From NCBI GenBank assembly GCA_977017575.1, contig CDRNVI010000060.1, positions 124,001 to 188,000 of the forward strand: DNA of 64,000 nt, given 5' to 3'. A program made the translations under genes and the position numbers. The DNA comes from Paramoeba atlantica. Lineage: Eukaryota; Protista; Discosea. The notes beneath the pieces are model-generated. The model had not been told where the DNA came from, did not search any database, and saw nothing but the letters and a program-made list of their open reading frames with translations. Of this stretch, positions 10,101-20,601 are shown in pieces. Position 1 is the stretch's first letter, and each line of letters opens with the position of its first letter.

Positions 10101-10162
10101 GTAAAGATTTCCGAACCTATTTCAGCGGGCTCTAGGGTAGGGGGGCACAAGGGTAGTAGGGA

Positions 10163-10331
10163 GCGAATGGCAAGAATGGAGTACATGGTGCTTAGACGGC
10201 GAGTTCGATTCTCGCTTATCGCATAACACCTGACATGGAAGAGGACATCTGCCTCGGAACTTCCAAATCTGTCTGTGAAGGGTGTGGCTTGCCAGTGCCC
10301 GTCCGGGGAAATCCGGACTGATTTGGATTTT
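10163..10331 (+). mobile_element. Internally deleted copy of tRNA-derived SINE-like family B
   Basis: A-box-like TGGCAAGAATGG and perfect T-arm GCGAG-TTCGATT-CTCGC; 3' end cctcggaacttccaaatctgtctgtgaag...gatttggatttt is shared with 42057..42430. Confidence 0.6.
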
Positions 10332-10574
10332 GGGCTCTAGAGTGAAAATGATTCCTTAAAATCAGAACGTATGAAATTGTCAGACAACTTTCTCCGTCAT
10401 ATCACAAAATTTGAAGTAAAAAGAGTGTCAATTCAAAATTTGGTTTCTTCTTTTGGTATACTCGATACGAGAAAAAAATTCGCGCCTGCAAACAGGCTGC
10501 AGTTTTTGCGTTTTTGATGCACTGAATATGAGAAAGTGCGCTGGATAGGATAATCTAAGTGCACTATACATCAT

Positions 10575-11192
10575 TCATCCTTTCGTAAACCATGAATTGG
10601 GAATCCCCCACCAAGCATTAGTGGGTACAATATTTCTAGGGACTGATCCCTGCAGTTTGGGATTATTACGTATATCAAACCCAGAAGCGGCTTTAGCAAG
10701 GGACGAATGCTGAAGACATGAAAGATCCACGAAGCCACTGAAGTCACAACGCGATATATTCAATACAGAGATTCCGGTAGGAAGATGTTCGAAATACACT
10801 TCCCCGCTAAATAAATTATAATGTACCCACAATTTCTCCAAACCTGGTGGTAATGCAGAAAACTCTAGGGTGCCGCTCAACTGATTGTAAGATACATCTA
10901 AAAACTTTACAGACCGCGGTAGATGCTCCCAATGCAATGTTCCAAGTAGCCCTTGATAACTCCATGAAATATCTATGACTTCACCTTCATCATCACACTT
11001 CACATTGTCCCACTCACATGCAGGTGTGGCAGTACTCCAGGACTCATGTGGATTTTCAACATCACTGATAAACTTTGCGAGTTCATATTCCTGGGGGAGA
11101 AATGTGCCTCTCACCTTACTTGCACGCGATATTGAAGACAGTGGTACGTCCGCGTCCTGCGAACGTGTTTGTAGACAGCTTTTAGAAAACAT
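10575..11192 (-). CDS. LRR protein (205 aa)
   Basis: SKVRGTFLPQEYELAKF motif, ACEWDNVKCD cap, four to five LRRs. Confidence 0.9.
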   Translation of the reverse strand: MFSKSCLQTRSQDADVPLSSISRASKVRGTFLPQEYELAKFISDVENPHESWSTATPACEWDNVKCDDEGEVIDISWSYQGLLGTLHWEHLPRSVKFLDVSYNQLSGTLEFSALPPGLEKLWVHYNLFSGEVYFEHLPTGISVLNISRCDFSGFVDLSCLQHSSLAKAASGFDIRNNPKLQGSVPRNIVPTNAWWGIPNSWFTKG

Positions 11193-11385
11193 GTGTCATG
11201 TTGTTAAAAGAGGACTTTCTTTGAAAATGCATAAGACCATAAAAACAGCATAAAATGATACATTTTCGCAGCACTAAAGTAAATTCAATTAATTTATTCA
11301 TTAAATGACCATAATTTATACACAATACAGAATGTCTCAAATAGAGAGGAAAAAGGCTCTCATGGAAAGAATATCGGGGAGGGGG

Positions 11386-13029
11386 GGCGTTCGGTGAGTA
11401 ATTTGTAGCAAGTCCCGTTTGAAGAGTACTCATCGAACGGCGCGTCCTGTTGCTTGAGGAAAATAATTTACTGCAATTTGGGGGAAAAAACGTGCATTAA
11501 ACGCGCATCATGGAATTCCATCGACTTGAACTACAAAAACTGAATCTTTATTGCAGATCGCTGTATTCGTACTGGTGCTGTTGTTGTAATGGACAATTGG
11601 ACCATTGTAATTGGACAATTGCACCATTCACAATACTACTCGTCGATTTTTTCAGGATAACGACGCGCTACTCCGACGCGCAACTGTCGGAGCTGACTTC
11701 ATCAGACTCCTCGGGAGGGAAAGTAAAATGATCACGAATGCATTCCAAGAGATTGGCAAAGCGATTCTGCCATGAGACCTCCCGGCCATCATGCGTGTCG
11801 CCATACTTGACGCATTGCAACGCAACGTTGCGGCGCAACTCGAAAGTGGTGGCCCCGAAGTTGTAGTGCTGCAAGCGCACCCAATACTTGATTGTATTGT
11901 GTACGCTCTCGGCACCATTCGTATGGTACCCTTTTTCGCTTACAAATTTCTTACTGTGATTTACGGCGTAATGTCGACACACCTGGTGCACCCCCCTGTA
12001 TTTCCGCTTTCCTATAAAAGTCTCATCCACCTGAACCCGTCCAAACTCGTATTTAGCAACTTGCTCCTTGCGGAGTGCTGCGTTAGCAACCGAGTGTAAA
12101 ATTCCTTGGACAACTTTGCGATCCAGGTCGCGATTTCGAGATATCTGACCAGTGGAGGTGTTGTTCGCTATGTCCCCCCACACAAGTAACAAATTTCCAA
12201 GTGTTAAGTGCATCCTCATGCTTATATATTGTATAAGGCTCCCATTTTCCCGCTTTCTTTCAACAGGGATTCCGATTTCCGGGCTCATGATAAGTACAGA
12301 CGAGAATGTTCGGGGACCGCGGAATCTCCACCATACATGTATGATGGGGCCCGTGCACAGGACAAATGGGGTGATAAAAGAAGGTATGCTTCAACATCCA
12401 CGTGTACGCATTTTCACCTTGCGGAATATCCATGAGACTTCTCCAACGACGCTCACAGTTGGGCCTTGCTCGCAAACGGGGGCTTTTGCCTCCAGAAGTG
12501 GGCTTCGCTCAAAGGTGAGCCTTGCTCGCAAACGGGGGCTTTTGCCTCCATAAGTGGGCTACGCTCACAGCTGGGCCTTGCCTCTAGACAGGCAAACTAG
12601 GTGTCGCAGCATAGGAAAGCACATACACAATCTTGTGGAAGTGGCATAGGTTCTCAGTGCGCGACCCGCGCGCTGGAGCGCGCAGGTCGCCAAAAAATAT
12701 AATTATGTCCCAGGGCTACGCTCACAGTTGGGCCTTGCTCGCAAACGGGGGCTTTTGCCTCCAGAAGTGGGTTTCGCTCAAAGTTGGGCCTTGCTCACAA
12801 ACAGGGGCTTTTGCCTCCTGAAGTGGGCTACGCTCACAGTTGGGCTTTACCTCCAGACACGTAAACTAGGACGCAACTGTCGCACCTGGAAAGGCATTAA
12901 ACATTCTTTTTGTGGTCGACCGTCGATTCCATGAATTACTCACGGAACGGGAAGCCCATTCCGTGAGTCTCATCGAACGGGGCGTTACTCACCGAATGGG
13001 CTCCCCGTTCAGTGAGTACTCATCGACGG
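11386..13029 (-). mobile_element. Merlin (IS1595-like) DNA transposon remnant
   Basis: ORF 11668..12288 has VQVDETFIGKRKYRG and HYAVNHSKKFVSEKGYHTNGAESV, hallmark ISXO2/Merlin DDE motifs, with an internal deletion. Imperfect inverted ends gcgttcggtgagtaatt (11387) and aattactcacggaacggg (12934). No TSD found. Confidence 0.8.
12449..12870. repeat. 56-bp minisatellite, two blocks of about 2.5 units, inside the Merlin element
   Basis: Unit acgctcacagttgggccttgctcgcaaacgggggcttttgcctccagaagtgggct at 12449, 12505 and 12561 (partial), and again from about 12718. Confidence 0.85.
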
Positions 13030-13307
13030 AGACAATGCTTACTATAATCGCTTCCGCATTTACATCTCCTAGTCGTACAATTTCTAGGTTTTCTAGTAGT
13101 ACAATTCCAAGTGAATTCCAATTTGAAAACAACAACACCCAAAGAAGAGTCTAAAAAAATAACGTTTAAACAGTTTAGGTGATAGATCAGACCCGTTTAT
13201 TATTCCTTCACAATAACTTTATACCTTCGCAATAATTTTAAATCCTCGCAAACTACCACGAGATATGGTACAAATTAACGTACTATGCCAGGAGGACTGC
13301 GGGTCAA

Positions 13308-14027
13308 TTATGAGAAGTACTTTTTCGCCAGTGGAACAACATTACAGTCTATGATCTGAAACTTATCGTCCTGGACGTGAACTTCTGGGTTACCGGATAA
13401 ATCAAGAGCAATCAATTTACTTGGCAAGGCGTCCAGTCGTACGTAGCCGAAAAACGCGTTATTGGCCAAGGAGAGATAGCGAAGCATGGGGGGAAGGCAC
13501 GTTAAATCGGGCGTTCCAATAAAAGCGTTTCTGCTTAGGTAGACACTATCCATGTTTTGAGGTAAACATGTCAGGAGAGCTTCGCCAGAGAATTGATTAT
13601 GCGACAATGTAAGCGTATTCATGGCAGCCGAAAGCAAAGACAAATCAATGCCACGGTGAAAATTGTTGAAACTCAGATCCAGAACTTCGAGACTACTTGG
13701 GAGCCTCTCAATCGGAATGACTCCACCTAAATTGTTGCTCATCAAATTCAGTTTCACTAAAGTGTGTGGCAAGAACTCCCATTTTAGAAATCCAGAAATC
13801 CCTCGATGAGACCACTTAATTTCGGTTACTTGCTCAGATTCATTACACAAGATGCCTTCCCACTGGCATGCACGGTGACGCACGTTCCATGTTGGATATT
13901 TCTGCTGATTTGGGTAATTATCCGCAGCTCGCTGGGTTACGTCCGCTATCCACTTTGTGAGTTGATGTTCTTGAGGTGGGAGGTTGCCGCGCACTCTGGC
14001 GGCGCGAACAGAGATTCCGGAATCCAT
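13308..14027 (-). CDS. LRR protein (239 aa)
   Basis: ACQWEGILCN cap followed by LRRs; paralog of 19710..20429. Confidence 0.92.
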   Translation of the reverse strand: MDSGISVRAARVRGNLPPQEHQLTKWIADVTQRAADNYPNQQKYPTWNVRHRACQWEGILCNESEQVTEIKWSHRGISGFLKWEFLPHTLVKLNLMSNNLGGVIPIERLPSSLEVLDLSFNNFHRGIDLSLLSAAMNTLTLSHNQFSGEALLTCLPQNMDSVYLSRNAFIGTPDLTCLPPMLRYLSLANNAFFGYVRLDALPSKLIALDLSGNPEVHVQDDKFQIIDCNVVPLAKKYFS

Positions 14028-15062
14028 GGTAAAACTTGAGTGAAGGAAAAGTATATAATATACGGCCGTATTAAATACTTGGGAAAGATTCTAGATAGTT
14101 CAGATTTGCGCTGATTGTATAACTACCGCCCTACCGTCGATTGTAATCGACTATCCCATAATAAATATGAGAATTAAAATTATTAATTCAAAAAATATGT
14201 ATACAAAGAAAGATATGTCTCGAAGGATATGTATTATACATGAGGGGCTGCGGTTTATTATTCTGAAACAGCGCGAAACAGCGGTTTGTTTTTCAGACTT
14301 GCGTAGGTGATGAAAAGTCTGAAATTTCATGTACAAACTCATAGCATGTACTTAATAAAGTCCGTTGTGTTCTGTGATAACGTGTATGATTGCATATCAT
14401 GTGCAAAGTTTATGAGCACGATAAATATTTGGCATATTTGTGAAACTTATTTCATGAAACGCGTAACTGTGTTTGACAAGCCAGTAGTCCAGATTTCTCC
14501 TGAAGAACCTTCCGAGAAGGTGGCAAGCATCATGGAACGCGTAACCAGAGCCCTGTAATCTTTTTCTGAGAGAAAGAGGAGCATTGGTAATGTTCCTGTT
14601 GGTTCCTCTATCCTTTGTTACACAGTTCTTCTCCTGCAGCACCGAGGACATCTACTACTAGATGTGCGTCCACGTGAAGTGTACTTTCTGGGCTAGGCTG
14701 CCCAAGACATAGAAAGCTACCTTGAGGAGCAACAATTATATGATCCGCGACGAAAAGGCGAGGTGGGAGACCTTGTCGAGAGCTTGTGGCGCTCGGGGCA
14801 ACGGTCTCGCGCTTGCGCAGCATGGCGCCAAAATATTATCTCACCTTTCTCGACAAAAATTATCTCACCTTTTCTCGAAAAGTAGCGACAGATAACTAGA
14901 TTATAAATTACTTGAAAAAGCATACCAGATTGACTCGCCGGTGCATCCGAAAAAGAAAGTAAAGTTCACAATAGTGATAAATCAGCACGCACGGAATCCT
15001 TCTAGGCAGGTTCTTTTACGGGGGCCGAGGGTGACTGCACAGTTTATAAACAGTTCACTATA

Positions 15063-15713
15063 CAGTGGTTTCAAGATATCTCCCCCTCGCGGAAAATTGA
15101 TTTTTTTAATCCGTTTTCGCTCATTTTTGCAGCATTGGATAGATCTCGTTCTTCTTGTGAAGGGCTTTGCCGCTCTTTTTTTGTAGGGACCCCCTGGTAC
15201 CCCCTGCGCTCAAAAAAACATGATTTTTTTAAGACATTTTTCTGGAACACATCCATTTTTTTTAGTTTTTTTCATCATGAAAACAAGACCAAGCAACCCC
15301 AAGCGAGGTGAATACGTTGAGGGATGGAGCGACAAAAGAGAAGACAACCCCCCGATATCTCATAAATCTACGCTCTCTGTCCCCCTGTCTGATAGACTGC
15401 AAATAATTAAAAAATACGAAAACGGTGTGTCGATTCACAAATTAGCGTCAACTTTTGGACGTGACCGCCGTACAGTACGAAAATTTATTAACTTGTGGAA
15501 AGAAAAAGAAGATTTGTCCCCCCTAAAATCACCTAGTAAAATCGTGTTTTGGCTGTTTTTCAGGTCACCATATGAGCACCAGGGGGTCCCTATGAAAAAA
15601 AGGCGGCAAAGCTCTTCACCAGGGGAACGAGATCTCTCGTTTGCAACAAAAATCAGCCAAAACGAATAAAAAAAATCAAATTTCCGCGGGTGGGAGTTCA
15701 ATTGAAACCACTG
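15063..15713 (+). mobile_element. Internally deleted Tc1/mariner-type element with about 140-bp imperfect TIRs
   Basis: TA|CAGTGGTTTCAA...TTGAAACCACTG|TA with TA duplicated at 15061 and 15714; TIR similarity extends to gggacccc; residual HTH LQIIKKYENGVSIHKLASTFGRDRRTVRKFI. Confidence 0.88.
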
Positions 15714-16895
15714 TAACTACGTAAGCTGTCTTCAATCATTTTGGTAGGATCTGGTGACCAGAGATACGTTTCCTGATGTACGTTTCCTGTTCTTTCACAC
15801 GTTGCTCAAAAATTGTCGACTGCAGTTACTTCTTAAGCAGCTTGTGAGCACATATTTAACTCCGTAGACTTTCTGCACTCTGATCTTCACTTAAAACTGA
15901 AGCCTGGCTTTGTTGGGCTAGAAATTGACATTCGATGTCGTCTAAAACGACCTGTTGGGTTTACAAATAGTGATATGAGCGATTCTTCTACTAAATCTTT
16001 AGAACAGACAGCTTCTGTTGACAATGGCCGCTTTGAGGACTCACTACATAAGCAATCAGCCACGATATGCTATCTACAAGCGAGTTGCTTCTCGTAGCTG
16101 TTTTCGGAAACTTCTTGCAGAGCCAACGTTTGACGCTGGAAGAATTCAAGATACAACAAACCGATACCGCGTTGTGCACCAAAATACAAGACACTATATC
16201 CCAAGATGATGACATGTGAAATTAATAGTACTAAGCGAATGAAGTGCAAGAGCTCCTGATATGGCGCGGAAAATTCCACTGGATGTGACCGCAATTCACT
16301 CGGGCTTTCGTCTTAAAAGTGCGCCGAAAAATGCACATGCTGTTCGCAGAGATTTCTTTCATAAAAAAAAATCTAACCTGAGATTTTGAGTCCTTGCGTT
16401 GAGAATAATTGTGCTTCTTTTTAGGAGACTATAATTAAATTCGTTTGATTCCGACTTTCACCTAGAAAGTGCACAGAAAAAAAACGAGATGTGTGCAGAG
16501 TTTTATTTGATAAAATCAATGTAACCTGAGATTTTGTGCCTCCCGTGCTTTAATAGACGTCGTCAATCATCCATAGATAAGAGGATGTCAGAGGTATTAG
16601 AGCAAGACATATACCTGCGACGGTATACCCTGTGACACAACATGGTACGGAAAGAGGTACAAAAGGCTGTGGAAGAATCACGACACACACAATAATACTA
16701 TTCATTCGACCAGCAGCGCCTGTTTTCTCAGACTGAAACCTCTTTTCCCAGAACTGACAAATACATAAGTATTTGTCGTATGTGAGTAGGGGAGGGGAGG
16801 TGACAATTATACATGTACAGGGGTGCGAATCTAAAGGTGGGGGGGTCTAAAATTCGTATTCCGTATTTATTCTTCTCCTATTTTAAGATACAATC

Positions 16896-17984
16896 TTATC
16901 CTTCATATTTCCCTAAGGAGATGAAGTGCCACCCATCCTGGTCAAGCGCATTCCACCACGTGGAGTCCACAAGTTGCTTCGCTTCTTCCATCGTTTCGAT
17001 GCTCTTCTGAAGGGACTCAGGCACTGATCCGTTATAGGCGAACCAATCACCAGAAGTTGCGTCATATTTCGCAAACCGAGTTGGAATAGCACTCAAATCA
17101 GTTTTCATCCGAGGAGGGTTTGAAACACAAAGTGCGGATAACTTATGGGGTTTTCGATGCATATCTATGTACGCGGTAAGGTCGTTCTTAAAAAAAGAGA
17201 CAAATTTCATGGAATCGGGCAATATTGAAATGTCAATTTCGCCAACAAATTTATTGTCAGCCAGTGCAAGCCCATTCAGGGAACGCGACAGCCTTGAAAA
17301 ATCGAGCGATCCCGTGAAAGAGTTGTTATACAAGGAGAGGGATTTTAGCGAAGGTGGGAGGTGACTTACCTCGACCGAACCTTCCAAGCGGTTGCAGTCA
17401 AGGGCCAATGCTACAATGGATGCAGGCAACGATGTAAAGCACACAGGACCTGAAAAAGCGTTTTCATACAAATATAGAATCTGGATCTGTGAGGGTAAGG
17501 CGGTCACATCTAGCCCCCCGGTAAAATGGTTACTATGGCCCCAAAGTCGTGTCAATACTGCGGGAAGATCATTAAGAGGAAAGGAACCACTGAGTTGATT
17601 CCAGCCTACACGAAGATCGTTTAGCATATCCATTCGTCCAAGCTCGACCCGGCCGCTGAGGTTGTTTTTATGAACAAAGCATTTTTCTACGGTGCTGGGG
17701 ATAAATAAAAAGTTGAGGCGTCCTTGAAGCCCCATTTCATGCCATAGAATTTCAAAGACATCACGATTTGAGTTTACACTAATTCCGATCCAGTGCATTG
17801 CAGTTCGCTCCACAATCCACGAGGGATCAGGGTTAGAAACGTTGGCCACGAGTCTTGCAAGATTATATTCGGGTGGCATGACCGACTTGTGCACCTTGCA
17901 CGGCCGATTAGTGGATCTCTCCGAAGCAGAAAAGAGTGGTAATTTGAAATTGTTGCCGAACATTTTCATCTTGACCGGTATCAT
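16896..17984 (-). CDS. LRR protein with Trp-rich C-terminal domain (362 aa)
   Basis: Same length and architecture as 8524..9612. Confidence 0.92.
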   Translation of the reverse strand: MIPVKMKMFGNNFKLPLFSASERSTNRPCKVHKSVMPPEYNLARLVANVSNPDPSWIVERTAMHWIGISVNSNRDVFEILWHEMGLQGRLNFLFIPSTVEKCFVHKNNLSGRVELGRMDMLNDLRVGWNQLSGSFPLNDLPAVLTRLWGHSNHFTGGLDVTALPSQIQILYLYENAFSGPVCFTSLPASIVALALDCNRLEGSVEVSHLPPSLKSLSLYNNSFTGSLDFSRLSRSLNGLALADNKFVGEIDISILPDSMKFVSFFKNDLTAYIDMHRKPHKLSALCVSNPPRMKTDLSAIPTRFAKYDATSGDWFAYNGSVPESLQKSIETMEEAKQLVDSTWWNALDQDGWHFISLGKYEG

Positions 17985-18840
17985 GTCACAGGAATACGAT
18001 TACTTAACTACTTACTTAGCACTACTAAGTACTAACTACTTAATTACTACTACAAGCTATACCACCGCAGTAATATCAGAAATTCTCGAGATCTCACTAT
18101 CACGCTATGGGCGATATCACACCCCCCGCCCCCCAGGGCAAAAAACTCAAAAATCACACCGAAAAGCAAAATTACCCTAAGGGCTTTACTTTACAAACCT
18201 GCTCTAATTTTGTACATATTAAAGGGGGGAGGGAGAGGGGCGCATAGTAAAGGGGGGTCACAGTATGCTGATAGGATGCTGATAAAAGAATCCTCTTTAA
18301 TAGATCATGAAGAACGCGATCGAGTAATATAGGCCCTACAAATTTTATTTTAACCCTAATACCGGTATCGATGAAAAAGGTGAGTTTTCCAAAATATTTT
18401 ACTCCTGTCCCCTCAATTAAGCGCACTGGGTCAGTCCCCCCCAGTTTAAGAGCATATTTTGGAAACGAGTTTTTCGCTGTCAAAGCGCAGACATGGGCGC
18501 CGCGAATTTTCGAAAAGCCTCCGCGCTTCTCGATAGATTTTGACTATTTTCTCGTGCGCTGATTGACTTATTGTGTATTTTATCTTTATTGAAGCTTGTA
18601 TCATAATTAATTATTTTCATCTTCACTTAGCTTTACATTTTGTAGAATCGATTTCTCTCTTTCTTTTTTGAACAATGCCCACCCTTGATTCATGGATAAC
18701 CTTTCAGCGTCCATTGCCGAGGGTTGATGAAGTCGTTGTACGAAGTCAAAGCTCATCCAATCTAGCAGAACCCTCGTCTCCAAGGGAAATCACTGATTCA
18801 ACCACGAATTCCTAGAGGTCCTGCTACCCATCCCCCCACA

Positions 18841-19010
18841 ATGCAAGATCGCTTGGAGATTTGCCGCTCCCCTCTAAGCGTAACTCAGCTGTGTCACAAA
18901 TATGAAACAACAAGATGGACTATTATGAGGACGAAGAGCAATCGTGAGACTCACTACCAGGCTCCCATAACGATCCGAATCATCGATAACGATACTATCG
19001 ATAACGATCC
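18841..19010 (+). mobile_element. Possible pogo/CENP-B-type HTH remnant
   Basis: RLEICRSPLSVTQLCHKYETTRWTIMRTK resembles the HTH at 38273..38671. Confidence 0.35.
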
Positions 19011-19019
19011 TACCGTATA

Positions 19020-19361
19020 CCCCCCGCAGTAAGGTACCCCCCCTCCAGTAAGAGAGATTTGGCCCTTTTTGGGCTGACCCCCAGTAAGAGAGATTTGGAT
19101 CGGGAACCCCACTGGAGGCGTACACACGGTGTATAGGACGTAGGGGGTGAGTGTCCGCATGTCGTGGGCCTCGGGGGTAACCCAACTAAGCGTTTTAACA
19201 CGTTTTCAGAAGGTGTTTTTCAGAAGCAAAAGCAAAGTTTTTCAGAAGCAAAAATAGAAACAAAAGTTGGAGGAGAAGATATAACTGGCCAAAAAAGAAC
19301 ACCCCCCAGTAAGAGAGATTTGGCCATTTTGATCAAAATCCATTCTCGTACTGGGGGTGGG
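19020..19361. mobile_element. MITE of the CCCCCAGTAA family
   Basis: TA|CCCCCCGCAGTAA...TACTGGGGGTGGG|TA; internal repeats CCCCAGTAAGAGAGATTTGG; related to 21759..22057. Confidence 0.7.
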
Positions 19362-19709
19362 TATAGGGGTACTAGGGGGTGGGTATGACATGAATAATCA
19401 TGTAGCTGCGAAGGTTGATCGTATCGGGACACTGCATGCTTTGAAGTTGTTAGACTACTATAGTATACGAAACTTATCTTGCTCCAAGTTATAAAAAATT
19501 GCCTTACGCGATGGAGGAATCCCGAAGATCTCGGGATACTGAAATTCAAAGAGGATATCGTTCTCCGTTACAATCGACAACAAAACACCAATCGACAGAA
19601 AAATACGCCTTTTCTTTTTTAGCATTCCAACGCAGAAAGAGGCCTCACAGTGCCTTTTTTGGGGACGTAGTGCCGGATATCTATGGGGGTTAACGGCAAT
19701 CCCATATCA

Positions 19710-20429
19710 TTATGAGAAGTATTTTTTCGCCAGTGGAACAACATTACAGTCTATGATCTGAAACTTGTCGTCCTGGACGTGAACTTCTGGGTTACCGGAT
19801 AAATCAAGAACAATCAATTCGTTTGGCAAGGCGTCCAGTCGTACGTAGCCGGAAAACTTATTCTCGGCCAAGGAGAGATAGCGAAGCATGGGGGGAAGGC
19901 ACGTTAAATCGGGCGTTTCCTTAAAACGGTTTCGGTCTAGGTGGACGCGCTCTAGGTTTTGGGGTAAACATGTAAGGAGCGCTTTTCCTGAAAACTCATT
20001 GTGTGACAACCGAAGTGTCTTCAAGGCAGTGGGAAGGAGCGTCAAATCAAAATGGTGGTTAAAAAAGTTAAAGCTGAGATCCAGAACCTCCAACCCGTTT
20101 GGGAAAGAGCGACTCAGTATATCGCCACCTAAATAGTTGTTCAACAAATGCAGTTCCACCAAAGTATGTGGTAAGAACTCCCATTTCAGAAATCCAGAAA
20201 TCCCTCGATGAGACCACTTAATTTCGGTTACTTGCTCGGATTCATTACACACGATGCCTTCCCACTGGCATGCACGGTGACGCACGTTCCATGTTGGATA
20301 TTTCTGCTGATTTGGGTAATTATCCGCAGCTCGCTGGGTTACGTCCGCTATCCACTTGGTGAGTTGAAGTTCTTGAGGAGGGAGATTGCCGCGTACTCTG
20401 GCGGCACGAACAGACATTCCGGAATCCAT
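19710..20429 (-). CDS. LRR protein (239 aa)
   Basis: Ends nearly identical to 13308..14027, with divergent central LRRs. Confidence 0.92.
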   Translation of the reverse strand: MDSGMSVRAARVRGNLPPQELQLTKWIADVTQRAADNYPNQQKYPTWNVRHRACQWEGIVCNESEQVTEIKWSHRGISGFLKWEFLPHTLVELHLLNNYLGGDILSRSFPNGLEVLDLSFNFFNHHFDLTLLPTALKTLRLSHNEFSGKALLTCLPQNLERVHLDRNRFKETPDLTCLPPMLRYLSLAENKFSGYVRLDALPNELIVLDLSGNPEVHVQDDKFQIIDCNVVPLAKKYFS

Positions 20430-20601
20430 AAAAAAATGATTTATATAGGAAAAGGTCTGGTTTGGGGTTTGAAACGTGATATTAAATGGAAACTCTGTGA
20501 CCGTTTTTTAACATTTCCATTTTATAGTCTAAGGGACTATGTTTTCCGGTTAAAGGTAAGGTGAATAGAACCCAGCAGTCTTTTCCTCTTTCACTTCCTT
20601 A

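Noticed and set aside
12449-12870. CRISPR-like array
   Set aside because: The units are contiguous 56-bp tandem repeats without unique spacers, the context is eukaryotic, and no cas genes are present.
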